From the NCBI GenBank assembly GCA_963707175.1, contig CAVPQA010000033.1, positions 30,443 through 94,442 of the forward strand: 64,000 nt of DNA, written 5' to 3'. The translations under genes and the position numbers were made by a program. This DNA is from an uncultured Alphaproteobacteria bacterium. Lineage in GTDB: Bacteria > Pseudomonadota > Alphaproteobacteria > Rhizobiales > Xanthobacteraceae. This document shows positions 45,745 to 54,920 of this stretch, in pieces. The notes beneath the pieces are model-generated. The model had not been told where the DNA came from. It saw nothing but the letters and a program-made list of their open reading frames with translations, and ran no database searches. Within the stretch, counting starts at the first letter, position 1. Each line of letters starts with the position of its first letter.

Positions 45745-48225
45745 TTGCGCGAAAAGGAACTCCGCATCGCGCTGGTCTGCTTCGGCGGTGTTTCGCTCGC
45801 GGTCTATATCCATGGCGTCTGCAAGGAAATCCTGAAGCTGGTGCGCGCGTCGAGCGCGCTGCACCGCATCACCGATCGTTCGCAACGCACCAACGCCGCA
45901 TTTTTCGATTTCGCCGACCCCAAAGATCCGGAATACGACACCGAAGCCGATTATTTCGAACTACTGCGCGAGATTGGCCGCAAGCTCGAGCTGCGGGTCA
46001 TCGTCGATACGCTGGCCGGTGCTTCGGCCGGCGGCATCAATGCCAGCATGCTGGCGCGGGCGCTAAGCCACGATTTGTCGACCGCAAAGTTGCGTGACCT
46101 GTGGCTCGAGAATGCCGACGTCACGGTTCTGCTGGCGCCTGAGGCGCGCGCCGGGATGTGGAGCAAATGGATCTTGCGGCCGGTGATCCGGGCGGTCGCG
46201 GCGACCGGCGCATTTCAATTGGTCAAGGACAGGGAGGTGCGCCAGAAACTTTCGCTGTTCCTGCGCTCGCGCTGGTTCAAGCCGCCGTTCTCCGGGCCGG
46301 TCATGGCCGGCCTGATGTACGACGCCGCCACCGCGATGGGCGAACCGAAAACGCCTGCGGCTTCGCTGTTGCCGTCGGGGCAGGGCCTCGATCTGTTCGT
46401 GACGCTGACGGATTATCACGGTTACCGGCAGGTTCTCCAAATTCACGATCCGCCGCTTATTGACGAACTCGAACACCGCCACGTCCTGCATTTCAAATAT
46501 CGCCGGCGTGCCGATGGCGAGGTTGAGAGCGACTTCGACGCGGATAACGCGCCGGGGCTTGCGTTCGCCGCGCGTGCGACCTCGTGTTTCCCGGGCGCGT
46601 TTCCGCCGGCGCAGATCGTCGAGATGGACGAACTAGTCGCCAGCCGGGGCGCGCACTGGCCCTGCCGCGAGGAGTTCATCTTGAAGAATTTCGAGCGGCA
46701 CCTGCGCGCCGATGTCGATCCGGCCACGGCATCTTTCATCGACGGCTCGGTTCTCAACAACCGGCCTTTCCGCGAAGCGATTGCGGCGATCCACAACCGC
46801 TCCGCCTATCGCGATGTCGACCGGCGGCTCATCTTTATCGATGCCAAACCGGAATCGGTGCGGTCCGGCCACCACGCCGACGTGCCGAATTTCTTTTCGA
46901 CGATAAAAGGCGCATTGTCGGATCTGCCCTCCGAGCAGCCGATCGCCAATGAGTTGGCCTGGGTAGTCAATCTCAACGCTCAGGCCCGCAGCATCAAATC
47001 GATCATCGCGGATGCCCGTCCGCACGTGAGCGAACTGGTCGGCGATATCATCGATAAGCCGCTCGACGGCCCGTTCACGACGGAAGACATCCGCGGCTGG
47101 CGCGAAAGTGTCAATGACCGCGTCGCGCGTGAAGCCGGCTTTGCTCACGAGGGCTATGTGCGGCTGAAGCTCGCTTCGGTTCGCGGTTTCGTCGCCCGCA
47201 TGATTGCGATGATCGGCGGTGCGCCGCCGAACTCGCCAGCCGCGCGGGCCATGGAAGAGATCATCGGCGCTTGGGCCGTTCAGCGTGGCATCGTCTACAG
47301 CAAAGCCGGGAGCGAGGCGCTCACGCAGGAAGTTGCCGCCACGACGCGACTCCCGGCCTGGATCGAATTTTTCCTCACGTTCGATGTCGAGTATCGCAGG
47401 CGCCGGCTGCATTTTTTGATCGAGGGACAGAACCAGCTGTACCGGCTGCTTGACGAAGGCCGCTTTCCGGGACTGGAGCCGGTCGTCGTCGACCGTCTGA
47501 AGCGGGAATTGTACCTGCGGCTCGACGTATTGCAGCAGTGTGAGGAGCCGCGGTTTTTCAGCCCCGGCGTCCATGCGCTGGCCGAAAAGCTGTTCCAACA
47601 ACCGCCCACCGCAGCGGAGGCCAGAGACCTGCCGGCCTATGCCCGCAGCATCGTCGCGAGCGACAGCATCAAAATCATCGATCGGCTGGTGGACACGCTG
47701 GGCAAGGAAATCGATCTCAATGCCACGACGCGCGATCTCGATGCGTTGCTGGCCTCGCTCGATCCCGCGGCGTGGCATCCCGAAGCGCGCCGCGACGTTC
47801 TGGTCAATTATCTCGGCTTTCCGTTCTGGGACGTGCTTACTTTCTCGGTCAGCACCGGGCGCGGTACCGGCGAACTGCGCGAAATTCTCGTCGATCGCAT
47901 CAGCCCGGAAGAGATGCATACGCTCAAGGCCTTTGCGGGAGCGAAAAGCCTCAAAGGGATTGCGCTGAACAATTTCGCCGGGTTCTTTTCGCGCCGCTAC
48001 CGCGAGAACGACTATCTGCTCGGCCGCCTCCACGCCGTGGAGCGCCTCATTGACATCGTCTGCGATGCGGCCGGCATCGACCCGCAAAAGGGCGGCATCG
48101 ACGTGCTTGCGCTCAAGCGGCGGGCCTTCGAGCGGATTCTCGCCGCCGAGGAAAGCCACCTCGTGCACAGCGCGGATTTGATCGCCGCCCTGCGGCGCGC
48201 CGTCGCTGAGATCGGGGCGGTCTGA
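45745..48225 (+). CDS. Large patatin-like phospholipase-domain protein (826 aa)
   Basis: Oxyanion-hole-like CFGGVSLAVY, nucleophile elbow GASAGG (Ser94, nt 46024-26) and an Asp motif FIDGSVLNNRPF. A helical extension of about 450 aa with unknown function follows. The start is TTG 45745, the only start near the 5' end. Confidence 0.75.
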   Translation: MREKELRIALVCFGGVSLAVYIHGVCKEILKLVRASSALHRITDRSQRTNAAFFDFADPKDPEYDTEADYFELLREIGRKLELRVIVDTLAGASAGGINASMLARALSHDLSTAKLRDLWLENADVTVLLAPEARAGMWSKWILRPVIRAVAATGAFQLVKDREVRQKLSLFLRSRWFKPPFSGPVMAGLMYDAATAMGEPKTPAASLLPSGQGLDLFVTLTDYHGYRQVLQIHDPPLIDELEHRHVLHFKYRRRADGEVESDFDADNAPGLAFAARATSCFPGAFPPAQIVEMDELVASRGAHWPCREEFILKNFERHLRADVDPATASFIDGSVLNNRPFREAIAAIHNRSAYRDVDRRLIFIDAKPESVRSGHHADVPNFFSTIKGALSDLPSEQPIANELAWVVNLNAQARSIKSIIADARPHVSELVGDIIDKPLDGPFTTEDIRGWRESVNDRVAREAGFAHEGYVRLKLASVRGFVARMIAMIGGAPPNSPAARAMEEIIGAWAVQRGIVYSKAGSEALTQEVAATTRLPAWIEFFLTFDVEYRRRRLHFLIEGQNQLYRLLDEGRFPGLEPVVVDRLKRELYLRLDVLQQCEEPRFFSPGVHALAEKLFQQPPTAAEARDLPAYARSIVASDSIKIIDRLVDTLGKEIDLNATTRDLDALLASLDPAAWHPEARRDVLVNYLGFPFWDVLTFSVSTGRGTGELREILVDRISPEEMHTLKAFAGAKSLKGIALNNFAGFFSRRYRENDYLLGRLHAVERLIDIVCDAAGIDPQKGGIDVLALKRRAFERILAAEESHLVHSADLIAALRRAVAEIGAV

Positions 48226-48410
48226 TCAAAGATGGCGGCGCAGCCCCCGCCGGTGCGTACCGGCGGGCCGTGCAACCCAAACGTGCTCGCCGGCGCGTGG
48301 CAGGTCATCGTTCCCGTCGGTTGTTTCGGGCACGCTCGGGACGTTAAGCTGAAGCACTGGGTGCCGCATCATCGGGGCGATGAAGAGCGCAAGCCCGCCA
48401 GGGAGGGTGA

Positions 48411-49226
48411 ATGTCCGATGCATCTGTATTGGCGCGCGAGACGATCACGCTCGCCGGGATCGAGATCGAACTGCACGAGGGCGGCAACGGGCCGCCGCTG
48501 TTATTTCTGCACGGTGCATCGGGATTTGTCCCCGGACCGCCGTATGTCGGATTGCTGGCGGCGAAACGCCGCCTGATCGCGCCGTCGCATCCTGGGTTCG
48601 GCGGGTCCACACTGCCGCTCTGGCTCGATAGTATCGACGACATCGCGCATCTCTATCTCGAGCTCATGGACCGCCGCGGCCTCGGCCGCGTCGATGTCGT
48701 CGGCACCTCGCTCGGCGGCTGGCTCGCCGCCGAAATCGCGACCAAGGTCCCCGAGCGCATCGGCAAGCTGGCGCTGGTAGGCCCGGTCGGCGTCAAGCTC
48801 GGCCCGCCCGACAAGCTCGACATTCCCGATATCTTCGCGATGGCGCAGGACAAAGCGATGCGGCTCATCTATCACGACGTCGACAAGGGAAAAATCGACT
48901 TCGCGAAGATGACCGACGAGCAGCTGACGACGCTGGCGCGCAACCGCGAAACCACGGCGCTGCTCACCTGGGAGCCGTGGATGCACAATCCAAAGCTCCG
49001 CCATCGCCTGCATCGCATCGCATCGCCGACGCTGTTCATCCGCGGCGCCAGCGACGGCCTGGTCAGCGAGTTTTACGTCGACGGTTACGCCAAGCTCATT
49101 CCTGGCGCGAAGGTGACGACGATCGCGGCGGCCGGACATGCGCCGCAAATGGAGCAGCCGGAAGAGTTTGCGCGCGTGCTGCTTGGCTTTCTGGACGGCG
49201 GAGCGCACACCGGAGGGATGCGATGA
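48411..49226 (+). CDS. Alpha/beta-fold hydrolase
   Basis: GGGAGGG lies upstream of ATG 48411. Motifs LLFLHGASG and the nucleophile elbow GTSLGG, with a C-terminal His region AAGHAPQME. Confidence 0.8.
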   Translation: MSDASVLARETITLAGIEIELHEGGNGPPLLFLHGASGFVPGPPYVGLLAAKRRLIAPSHPGFGGSTLPLWLDSIDDIAHLYLELMDRRGLGRVDVVGTSLGGWLAAEIATKVPERIGKLALVGPVGVKLGPPDKLDIPDIFAMAQDKAMRLIYHDVDKGKIDFAKMTDEQLTTLARNRETTALLTWEPWMHNPKLRHRLHRIASPTLFIRGASDGLVSEFYVDGYAKLIPGAKVTTIAAAGHAPQMEQPEEFARVLLGFLDGGAHTGGMR

Positions 49227-50414
49227 AAGCGTGGCATTTCAGCGAGACAGCCTATCCTTATCTGCCGCCGGTCGAGGAATACGAATTCGATCCGCGTCAG
49301 CTTGCCGAACCGAATCTACGATCCGAAGAAGGGCGCCGCGCTTTACGACCGCTATATCGAAGAATGGCAGATCGCCGAGGAGGAAGGCGTCGAGATCATG
49401 CTCAACGAGCATCATCAGACGGCGACCTGCGTCGACCCGGCGGCGCCGCTCCTGCTGGCGGCGCTGGCGCGCGTCACCAAAAAGGCGCGGCTCCTGATCC
49501 TCGGCAATCCGATCGCCAACCGGCGGCAGCCGGTGCGCGTCGCCGAGGAGATGGCGATGGTCGACATGCTGTCGCACGGGCGGCTGGAGGCAGGCTTCGT
49601 GCGCGGCGTGCCCTATGAGATTTCCGCCGGCAACAGCAATCCGGTGCGCACCAACGAACGCTTCGCCGAGGCGCTCGATCTCATCGTCAAGGCCTGGACC
49701 AGCCATGACGGCCCGTTCAGCCATGAGGGGCGGTTCTTTCATCATCGCCAGATCAACATCTGGCCGCGGCCCTATCAGCAGCCGCATCCTCCGGTGTGGG
49801 TCTCGACGACAACACCGGCCGGCGCGCAGCGCGTCGGCGCCAAGGGCTTCGTGCAGGCGACCTTCCTCACCGGTTATGACGGCACGCGCCGCGTCTACGA
49901 CTCCTACCGCCAGGGCTGGCGCGACGCCGGGCGCAGTCACGACGTGCCGATCGACCGGCTCGCCTATGCGGCGCTGGTCTATGTCGGCGACAACGAGGCG
50001 GATGCCCGCGCCGGCGCCGAGAAAATCCTGTGGTACATCCGCGCCAACAAGGTGCCGCCGCAATTCGCCTTCCCGCCCGGCTATGCGCCGCCGGCGGCTT
50101 TCGCCAAAATCATGCGCGGCGATGTCGGCGATCAGCACAAGAATTTTTCGGCGCAGGCCACGGTCGAGGGCACGATCAATGCGGGGCTGATGATGGCCGG
50201 CACGCCGGATCAGGTCTATGCGCAGATCCGCAAGATGTACGACCACGTCGGCGGCTTCGGCCACCTGCTGATCATGGGGCAGGCGGGCTTTCTCGATCAC
50301 GACGAGACGGTGCGCAGCATCCGCAATTTCGCCCGCCATGTTTATCCGCGGCTCAAGGCGGAGATGCCGGATAGCACCGTATCGGGATTTGCCGCAGCGG
50401 CCGCCGCCGAATAG
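49223..50414 (+). pseudogene. Luciferase-like (LLM class) flavin-dependent monooxygenase; one apparent frameshift
   Basis: ATG 49223 (ATGA overlap with the hydrolase) gives MKAWHFSETAYPYLPPVEEYE. From nt 49287 the +1 frame continues SIRVSLPNRIYDPKKGAALYDRYIEEW...MLNEHHQ to 50414. Confidence 0.75.
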
Positions 50415-50422
50415 GGGCAACG

Positions 50423-50719
50423 ATGCTGTTCCTTGTTGTGTCGACGCCGCGGCCGGAACGGCCTTCGGAGCTGGCGAAGACGCGGCAATCGTTCTGGCCG
50501 TGGATCGCCGGCTACGAAGCGCGCGGCATCTGCCGGCACATCTATGCGCGCGCCGGCCGCGGCGCCGTTGCGGTGCTCGACGTCGAGAGCAACGATCAGC
50601 TGCATCGGATATTGAACGAATGGGCGGACATCATCCCCGCTCATTTCGACACCTATCCGCTGATCGACGCACAGGCGGCGCAGCGGATGCTGGCGGCGCA
50701 GACCGCGGCGAAAGGCTGA
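50423..50719 (+). CDS. Muconolactone-isomerase-like small ferredoxin-fold protein
   Basis: 98 aa beginning MLFLVV, with spacing reminiscent of CatC-type MIase proteins (about 96 aa). It starts 8 nt after the LLM stop. Confidence 0.5.
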   Translation: MLFLVVSTPRPERPSELAKTRQSFWPWIAGYEARGICRHIYARAGRGAVAVLDVESNDQLHRILNEWADIIPAHFDTYPLIDAQAAQRMLAAQTAAKG

Positions 50720-50723
50720 AGGT

Positions 50724-51023
50724 TCATCCGTCAACGTGCGTGAAGTCGCGGCTTCGGCCCGCCTGCCTTGCTGGCGACAAGGCTTGCATCAGCCGGACAC
50801 CATTCACCGGGAAGAGAATCAGATGCAGCTCGAGAACCGGATAGACGTGCGCCAGCGCTCCGAAGATCGCGAACAGGACGTTGCTGAGAATCGCGACGGT
50901 GCGGAGCGGCACCATTGTGCTCATGCAGAATGTGGCTAGAACGCTTGCGGATGCGATGTAGCCAACAAGGTCAATCCAACTCATTGTCATGACCCACATG
51001 CTCGGCGGCGCGCCGCCGGCCAT
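50724..51023 (-). CDS. Small YgjV-like inner-membrane protein
   Basis: Three hydrophobic helices (IDLVGYIASASVLATFCM...AILSNVLFAIFGAL...LHLILFPVNGVRL). The likely start is at 50990 or 50984 rather than 51023. Confidence 0.5.
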   Translation of the reverse strand: MAGGAPPSMWVMTMSWIDLVGYIASASVLATFCMSTMVPLRTVAILSNVLFAIFGALAHVYPVLELHLILFPVNGVRLMQALSPARQAGRSRDFTHVDG

Positions 51024-51372
51024 GGCTAGCGCGCGCCCGATGCCAAATCAGTGACGATGATCACAGCATCAGCTTTTGAGAGATTGGAAACGCGGAACGG
51101 GCGGGGAACTATTTTGGAGGTTCAGTCGGCGGGCGCCGTTGAGGCGAAGCGCGCGAGCCGCTGTGAGCTTCGTAGGAAGTCATGGCACAACCCCATCTTG
51201 GACGCCGTGCATGTAGGGCGCCAAAACGGCGCCCGCCTGGGGTCGGAAGCACCATGGATAAAATTTAATCTGTAGATAAAACGGATCGTTTTGGCGGCCA
51301 ACGTGCATTCGGTGGCGTGTGCTGCGCGTCCCGTGGACATTCCGAATGCGCGGGCTGTCCCGCTGGCGATGG

Positions 51373-52401
51373 CTATGGCGAAGTTGCCAGCGCCTGCACG
51401 GCGGCGAACAAATCGCGGATCTGCCGCTCCGGCACGCCGCGCGTGATGAACACCACGCGGCCCACGCGATTCGTGTCCGGCCAAGTTTCAAGCTCGACCG
51501 GCGGGTGAGCGAGATGCTGCACGTATTGAATGACAACCGGCCCGCGGCAGCCCTTGATGTTGAGCAGGCCTTTCACGCGAAGGAGATCGGCGCCGCGCAG
51601 CGCGGTCAATGTTTCCATCGCGCGCGAAAACGTCAGCCATTCGATCGGCTCAGACATATCAATCACGAAGCTTTCGATGCCGTCGGAATGTTCGGCCTCG
51701 GCGACGAAACCCGAGCGTTCGGCGTTGACCGGAGCGATGACGCGATCCGGGTCGAGCGCGCCCTCGACCGCGATGTCGATCGCGGCGCGCGGATTGAGCT
51801 GTTGCAGCCGGCGCGTCAGACGTTCGACCGACGCCGCGTCGGCGAGATCGGATTTCGAGATCACCAGCCGGTCGGCGAGAATCACTTGCTTGCGCGCTTC
51901 GGCGGCGGCATCGAGATTGGCTTCGCCGGTCACGGCGTCGACCACAGTGAGCACCACGTCGATGTGAAACTCGCCGCCGAGCGCGCGGTCAGTCGAGAAT
52001 GTCTGCAGGATCGGCGCCGGATCGGCGAGGCCTGACGTTTCAATGACGACGCGCGAAAACGGCGGCACAGTGCCGTGCTCGCGATCGAACACCAGACGGC
52101 GCAACGCAAGCTGCAAGTCGCTGCGGGTGATGCAGCAGACGCAGCCGTTGCCGAGCAGCACGGTTTCGTCGGCGCTGGAGCGCAGCAGCGCGTCGTCGAT
52201 GCCGACGGCGCCGAACTCGTTGACGATCACCGCGGTGCCGGCGCCTTCGGGAGAGCTGAGAAAACGGCGCAACAGCGTTGTCTTGCCGGCGCCCAAAAAA
52301 CCGGTGACAACGGTGACCGGAATGCGCGCGCCGCGCTCGCGCTTGAGCCTGCGCCCGAACGGGCCGGCGTCGCGCGAGGGGAACAGGTCGAGCATGGGCA
52401 C
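51373..52401 (-). CDS. COG0523 (CobW/YjiA-like) G3E-family metallochaperone GTPase, second paralogue
   Basis: P-loop VTGFLGAGKTTLLRRFL, CxCC motif GCVCCIT and ETSGLADP. It lacks a His-rich stretch. The start is GTG 52401 or ATG 52395. Confidence 0.8.
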   Translation of the reverse strand: MPMLDLFPSRDAGPFGRRLKRERGARIPVTVVTGFLGAGKTTLLRRFLSSPEGAGTAVIVNEFGAVGIDDALLRSSADETVLLGNGCVCCITRSDLQLALRRLVFDREHGTVPPFSRVVIETSGLADPAPILQTFSTDRALGGEFHIDVVLTVVDAVTGEANLDAAAEARKQVILADRLVISKSDLADAASVERLTRRLQQLNPRAAIDIAVEGALDPDRVIAPVNAERSGFVAEAEHSDGIESFVIDMSEPIEWLTFSRAMETLTALRGADLLRVKGLLNIKGCRGPVVIQYVQHLAHPPVELETWPDTNRVGRVVFITRGVPERQIRDLFAAVQALATSP

Positions 52402-52418
52402 TAACCGTGAGCCGTCAC

Positions 52419-52514
52419 CCTGAGGCGCTCGTCGCGTAGCGACGAGCCTCGAAGGGCGACGGGCGAGGCGCCGGGGCCGGCATCCTTCGAGGCGCGCTTC
52501 GCGCGCGCCTCAGG
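52419..52514. repeat. Nested-palindrome REP-like element, family copy B
   Basis: The outer arms are CCTGAGGCGC and GCGCCTCAGG. The inner arms are GAGCCTCGAAGG (52444-55) and CCTTCGAGGC (52484-93). It shares GAGCCTCGAAGGGCGACGG and CATCCTTCGAGGC with copy A. Confidence 0.75.
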
Positions 52515-52528
52515 ATGACGGGACAAGA

Positions 52529-53770
52529 TCAAAAATCCATCTCCAGGATATAGAGCCCGCCGATGTGCCGATCGACGGTGTAGACGATGCCGCGTTCGTC
52601 GACGAACACGTCGTTCATCTGGATCGTGCCGGTCGGCGCGCCGGCAGGCGCCGGCGGCATGAACACGCCGACTTCCTTGGGCTGATAGGGGTTGGAAATG
52701 TCGTAGGCGCGAAGCCCGCCGTTGAAGAAGGTGCCGAGCACGATCTGATCGTTCTGCCAGGCGGTCGGCAGCGGCACGTTCTCGTGGATGTTGTGTGCGC
52801 CGAACCGGCCGGCCTTGGCATACACCGTGTGATCGGGCAGCGGACAGGTCGAGATCGGCACCAGATTGGTTTCGTCGCGAGCGTCCAGCACCCAGATCAG
52901 TTTCGGCCAATCCTTGGCGTTGTTCTCCGTCGACTCGTCGGTCACCAGCATCAGGCCGCGGTCGAACAGCGGCACGATGGTGTGCATGAAACCGGTATAA
53001 GGTGGCGAGTTGGTCCACGATGAGATTTTCTTCGGGTTCGCCTTGTCGGAAATGTCGAGCACGAACATTCCGCCGTCGATATAGGCGAGATAGCAGCGGT
53101 CCGGGCGCTGCGGATAGACGTTGGTGTTGTGGGCGCGATAGCCCTTGTCGAGCTGATGCCGCGTCGGCGGCATCACGTTGTCGCCACGGCGCGTGCCGGG
53201 CATCCACCAGCGGCCGACCTCGACCGGCTTTGACGGATTGCGCACGTCGACGCAGCGATAGAACTGATCGTCCGACGGATGGGTCGGCTCGAAATCGCGC
53301 GAGCCCGAGGCGCAATGCACGTACTCGCCGTCGCAGAACCAGAGCTGGTGCACGCCGCGTGAATGCGGGCCGGAGCAATCGAAAAACGAAATGGATTTCG
53401 GATTTTCCGGCTTGGAAATGTCGAACAGCTCGAAGCCTGCGGGCTGCACGTCCTTCTTCTGCGTCTGATAGGCCACCGCCATCATGTTGCCGCAGGTTTC
53501 GAGCGAGTTCGAGCGCATGTTGGCGTGCGGCAGGTCGGTCTGGCACACCACCTTGGGTTTGCGCGGATCGGTGACGTCGACCGCGGTGAAATTCTTCGGC
53601 GCACTCTCGTGCGCCAGCCAGATGATGCGCCGGCCGTCGGGCGCGATCTGCACCGACATGCCTTCGCCCATGCCGCCGAAGCCCGCGAGCATGTCGTGCG
53701 CTAAGAGCTTGAAATTCCAGACGACGGGCTGATAGCTCGTCGTCACCGGGCTAGATCCTGTAGCGGCCAT
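52529..53770 (-). CDS. LVIVD-repeat beta-propeller protein (COG5276-like), function unknown
   Basis: 413 aa from ATG 53770, with AGGAGA upstream. Repeated motifs of the form hydrophobic residues then D-(I/V)-(S/T)-(D/N)-P-x-x-P (VDVTDPRKP, FDISKPENP, VDVRNPSKP, LDISDKANP, YDISNPYQP). Confidence 0.65.
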   Translation of the reverse strand: MAATGSSPVTTSYQPVVWNFKLLAHDMLAGFGGMGEGMSVQIAPDGRRIIWLAHESAPKNFTAVDVTDPRKPKVVCQTDLPHANMRSNSLETCGNMMAVAYQTQKKDVQPAGFELFDISKPENPKSISFFDCSGPHSRGVHQLWFCDGEYVHCASGSRDFEPTHPSDDQFYRCVDVRNPSKPVEVGRWWMPGTRRGDNVMPPTRHQLDKGYRAHNTNVYPQRPDRCYLAYIDGGMFVLDISDKANPKKISSWTNSPPYTGFMHTIVPLFDRGLMLVTDESTENNAKDWPKLIWVLDARDETNLVPISTCPLPDHTVYAKAGRFGAHNIHENVPLPTAWQNDQIVLGTFFNGGLRAYDISNPYQPKEVGVFMPPAPAGAPTGTIQMNDVFVDERGIVYTVDRHIGGLYILEMDF

Positions 53771-53828
53771 TTCGGGAAGTCTCCTGTTCAGGCAATCACA
53801 CTTAACGTAGCGAATATCCAAGACGTGG

Positions 53829-53851
53829 ATGGCCGGGACAAGCCCGGCCAT
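53829..53851. repeat. Short GC hairpin repeat (ATGGCCGGG-ACAAG-CCCGGCCAT)
   Basis: 9-bp stem. Read in frame it gives the GRDKPGH-type pseudo-peptide that I associate with Bradyrhizobiaceae intergenic repeats. A related CCGGGCTTGACCCGG is at 36199-36213. Confidence 0.5.
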
Positions 53852-53893
53852 GACGATCGCACGAATTGTAGCCGATAGCGGCGCGTTTGAATA

Positions 53894-54886
53894 TTACGCT
53901 CCGGACTTGGCTTTTTCCATGAAATCCGGGCGCAGCGCCTTGCTCCAATCCGGGACGGACTTGATGGTCTTGTTCTTGAGCAGGATTTCGGCCTGCTGCT
54001 GCATGTAGGACTTGAGGTCGGGGAATCCGGGATCGACCTCGACGCGCGACAGCGCAGTCGCGAACGTGTCTGCCGACATCTTGTAACCCTTGCTGGCGTA
54101 GAATGCGTAGATCGTGTCGTTGACCTTTTTCTTGTCGTTCTTGAAGTCCTTCGCGGCATCGAGCCACGCCTTGAGATAGGCGACGATAACATCCGGCCGC
54201 TTCTCCACCATCTCGGAGGTGGCGGCCATGAACACCGGCATCTTGTCGAATTGCGAGAAGTCCAACAGATCGCTGCCGATCCCGTCGGCGACCGCGATGA
54301 CGTTGTAGGGCTCGACATTGACCATGGCATCGACGGTCTTGGCGGCGAGCGCCGACACCATGTCGTTCACGTTCATGCGGATCTCCTGGTAATCGCCCTT
54401 GTGCAAGCCGTAATGCGGCAGCACCACGTCGACCAGGTCGTTGCCGACCGACGAACCGGTCAGATTGGCGATGCGCTTGCCGCGCAATTGCTCGGGTTTG
54501 GTGATGTTGAGATCCTTGCGCGTGGTGATGCGCGCGGTCTGGCCGACATTCTCGATCACCGCGATGGCGACGATGCCGCCTTTGACGTTGCCGATGATGA
54601 ACGACGGCCCCGCATAGGTGCCGAGATCGACCTGGCCGGCGACCATCTGCTGCATGGTGATGTTGCCGGACGGCACGGCGAAATCCTGGGCGGTAATGCC
54701 GTGCTTTGCCAGATAGCCGGACTTCATCAGGTAATAAGTCGGCATGCCCCAGATGTTGGTCTGGTAGCCCTGCCGGACTGTCTCGGCTGCGGCGGCGTGG
54801 CGGGACGCGCCGAGGCCGAGTAGCACAGCGCCGGCGCCGGCCGCGCCGAGATATTGCCGCCGGGTCAAGGTCGATTGCTGTTTCAT
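53894..54886 (-). CDS. ABC transporter substrate-binding protein, NMT1/SsuA/TauA-like, Tat signal
   Basis: GGAGGA RBS and twin-arginine signal TRRQYLGAAGAGAVLL. The two-lobe SBP sequence resembles nitrate/sulfonate/bicarbonate-family binders. Confidence 0.75.
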   Translation of the reverse strand: MKQQSTLTRRQYLGAAGAGAVLLGLGASRHAAAAETVRQGYQTNIWGMPTYYLMKSGYLAKHGITAQDFAVPSGNITMQQMVAGQVDLGTYAGPSFIIGNVKGGIVAIAVIENVGQTARITTRKDLNITKPEQLRGKRIANLTGSSVGNDLVDVVLPHYGLHKGDYQEIRMNVNDMVSALAAKTVDAMVNVEPYNVIAVADGIGSDLLDFSQFDKMPVFMAATSEMVEKRPDVIVAYLKAWLDAAKDFKNDKKKVNDTIYAFYASKGYKMSADTFATALSRVEVDPGFPDLKSYMQQQAEILLKNKTIKSVPDWSKALRPDFMEKAKSGA

Positions 54887-54920
54887 CTTGGGTCCTCCGG
54901 ATTGTCGTATTGTTGGTCGC

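Noticed and set aside
51216-51234. Hairpin GGGCGCC-AAAAC-GGCGCCC considered as the terminator of the COG0523 gene
   Set aside because: No U-tract follows on either strand, and it lies about 140 nt from the stop. It is kept as a possible structure only.
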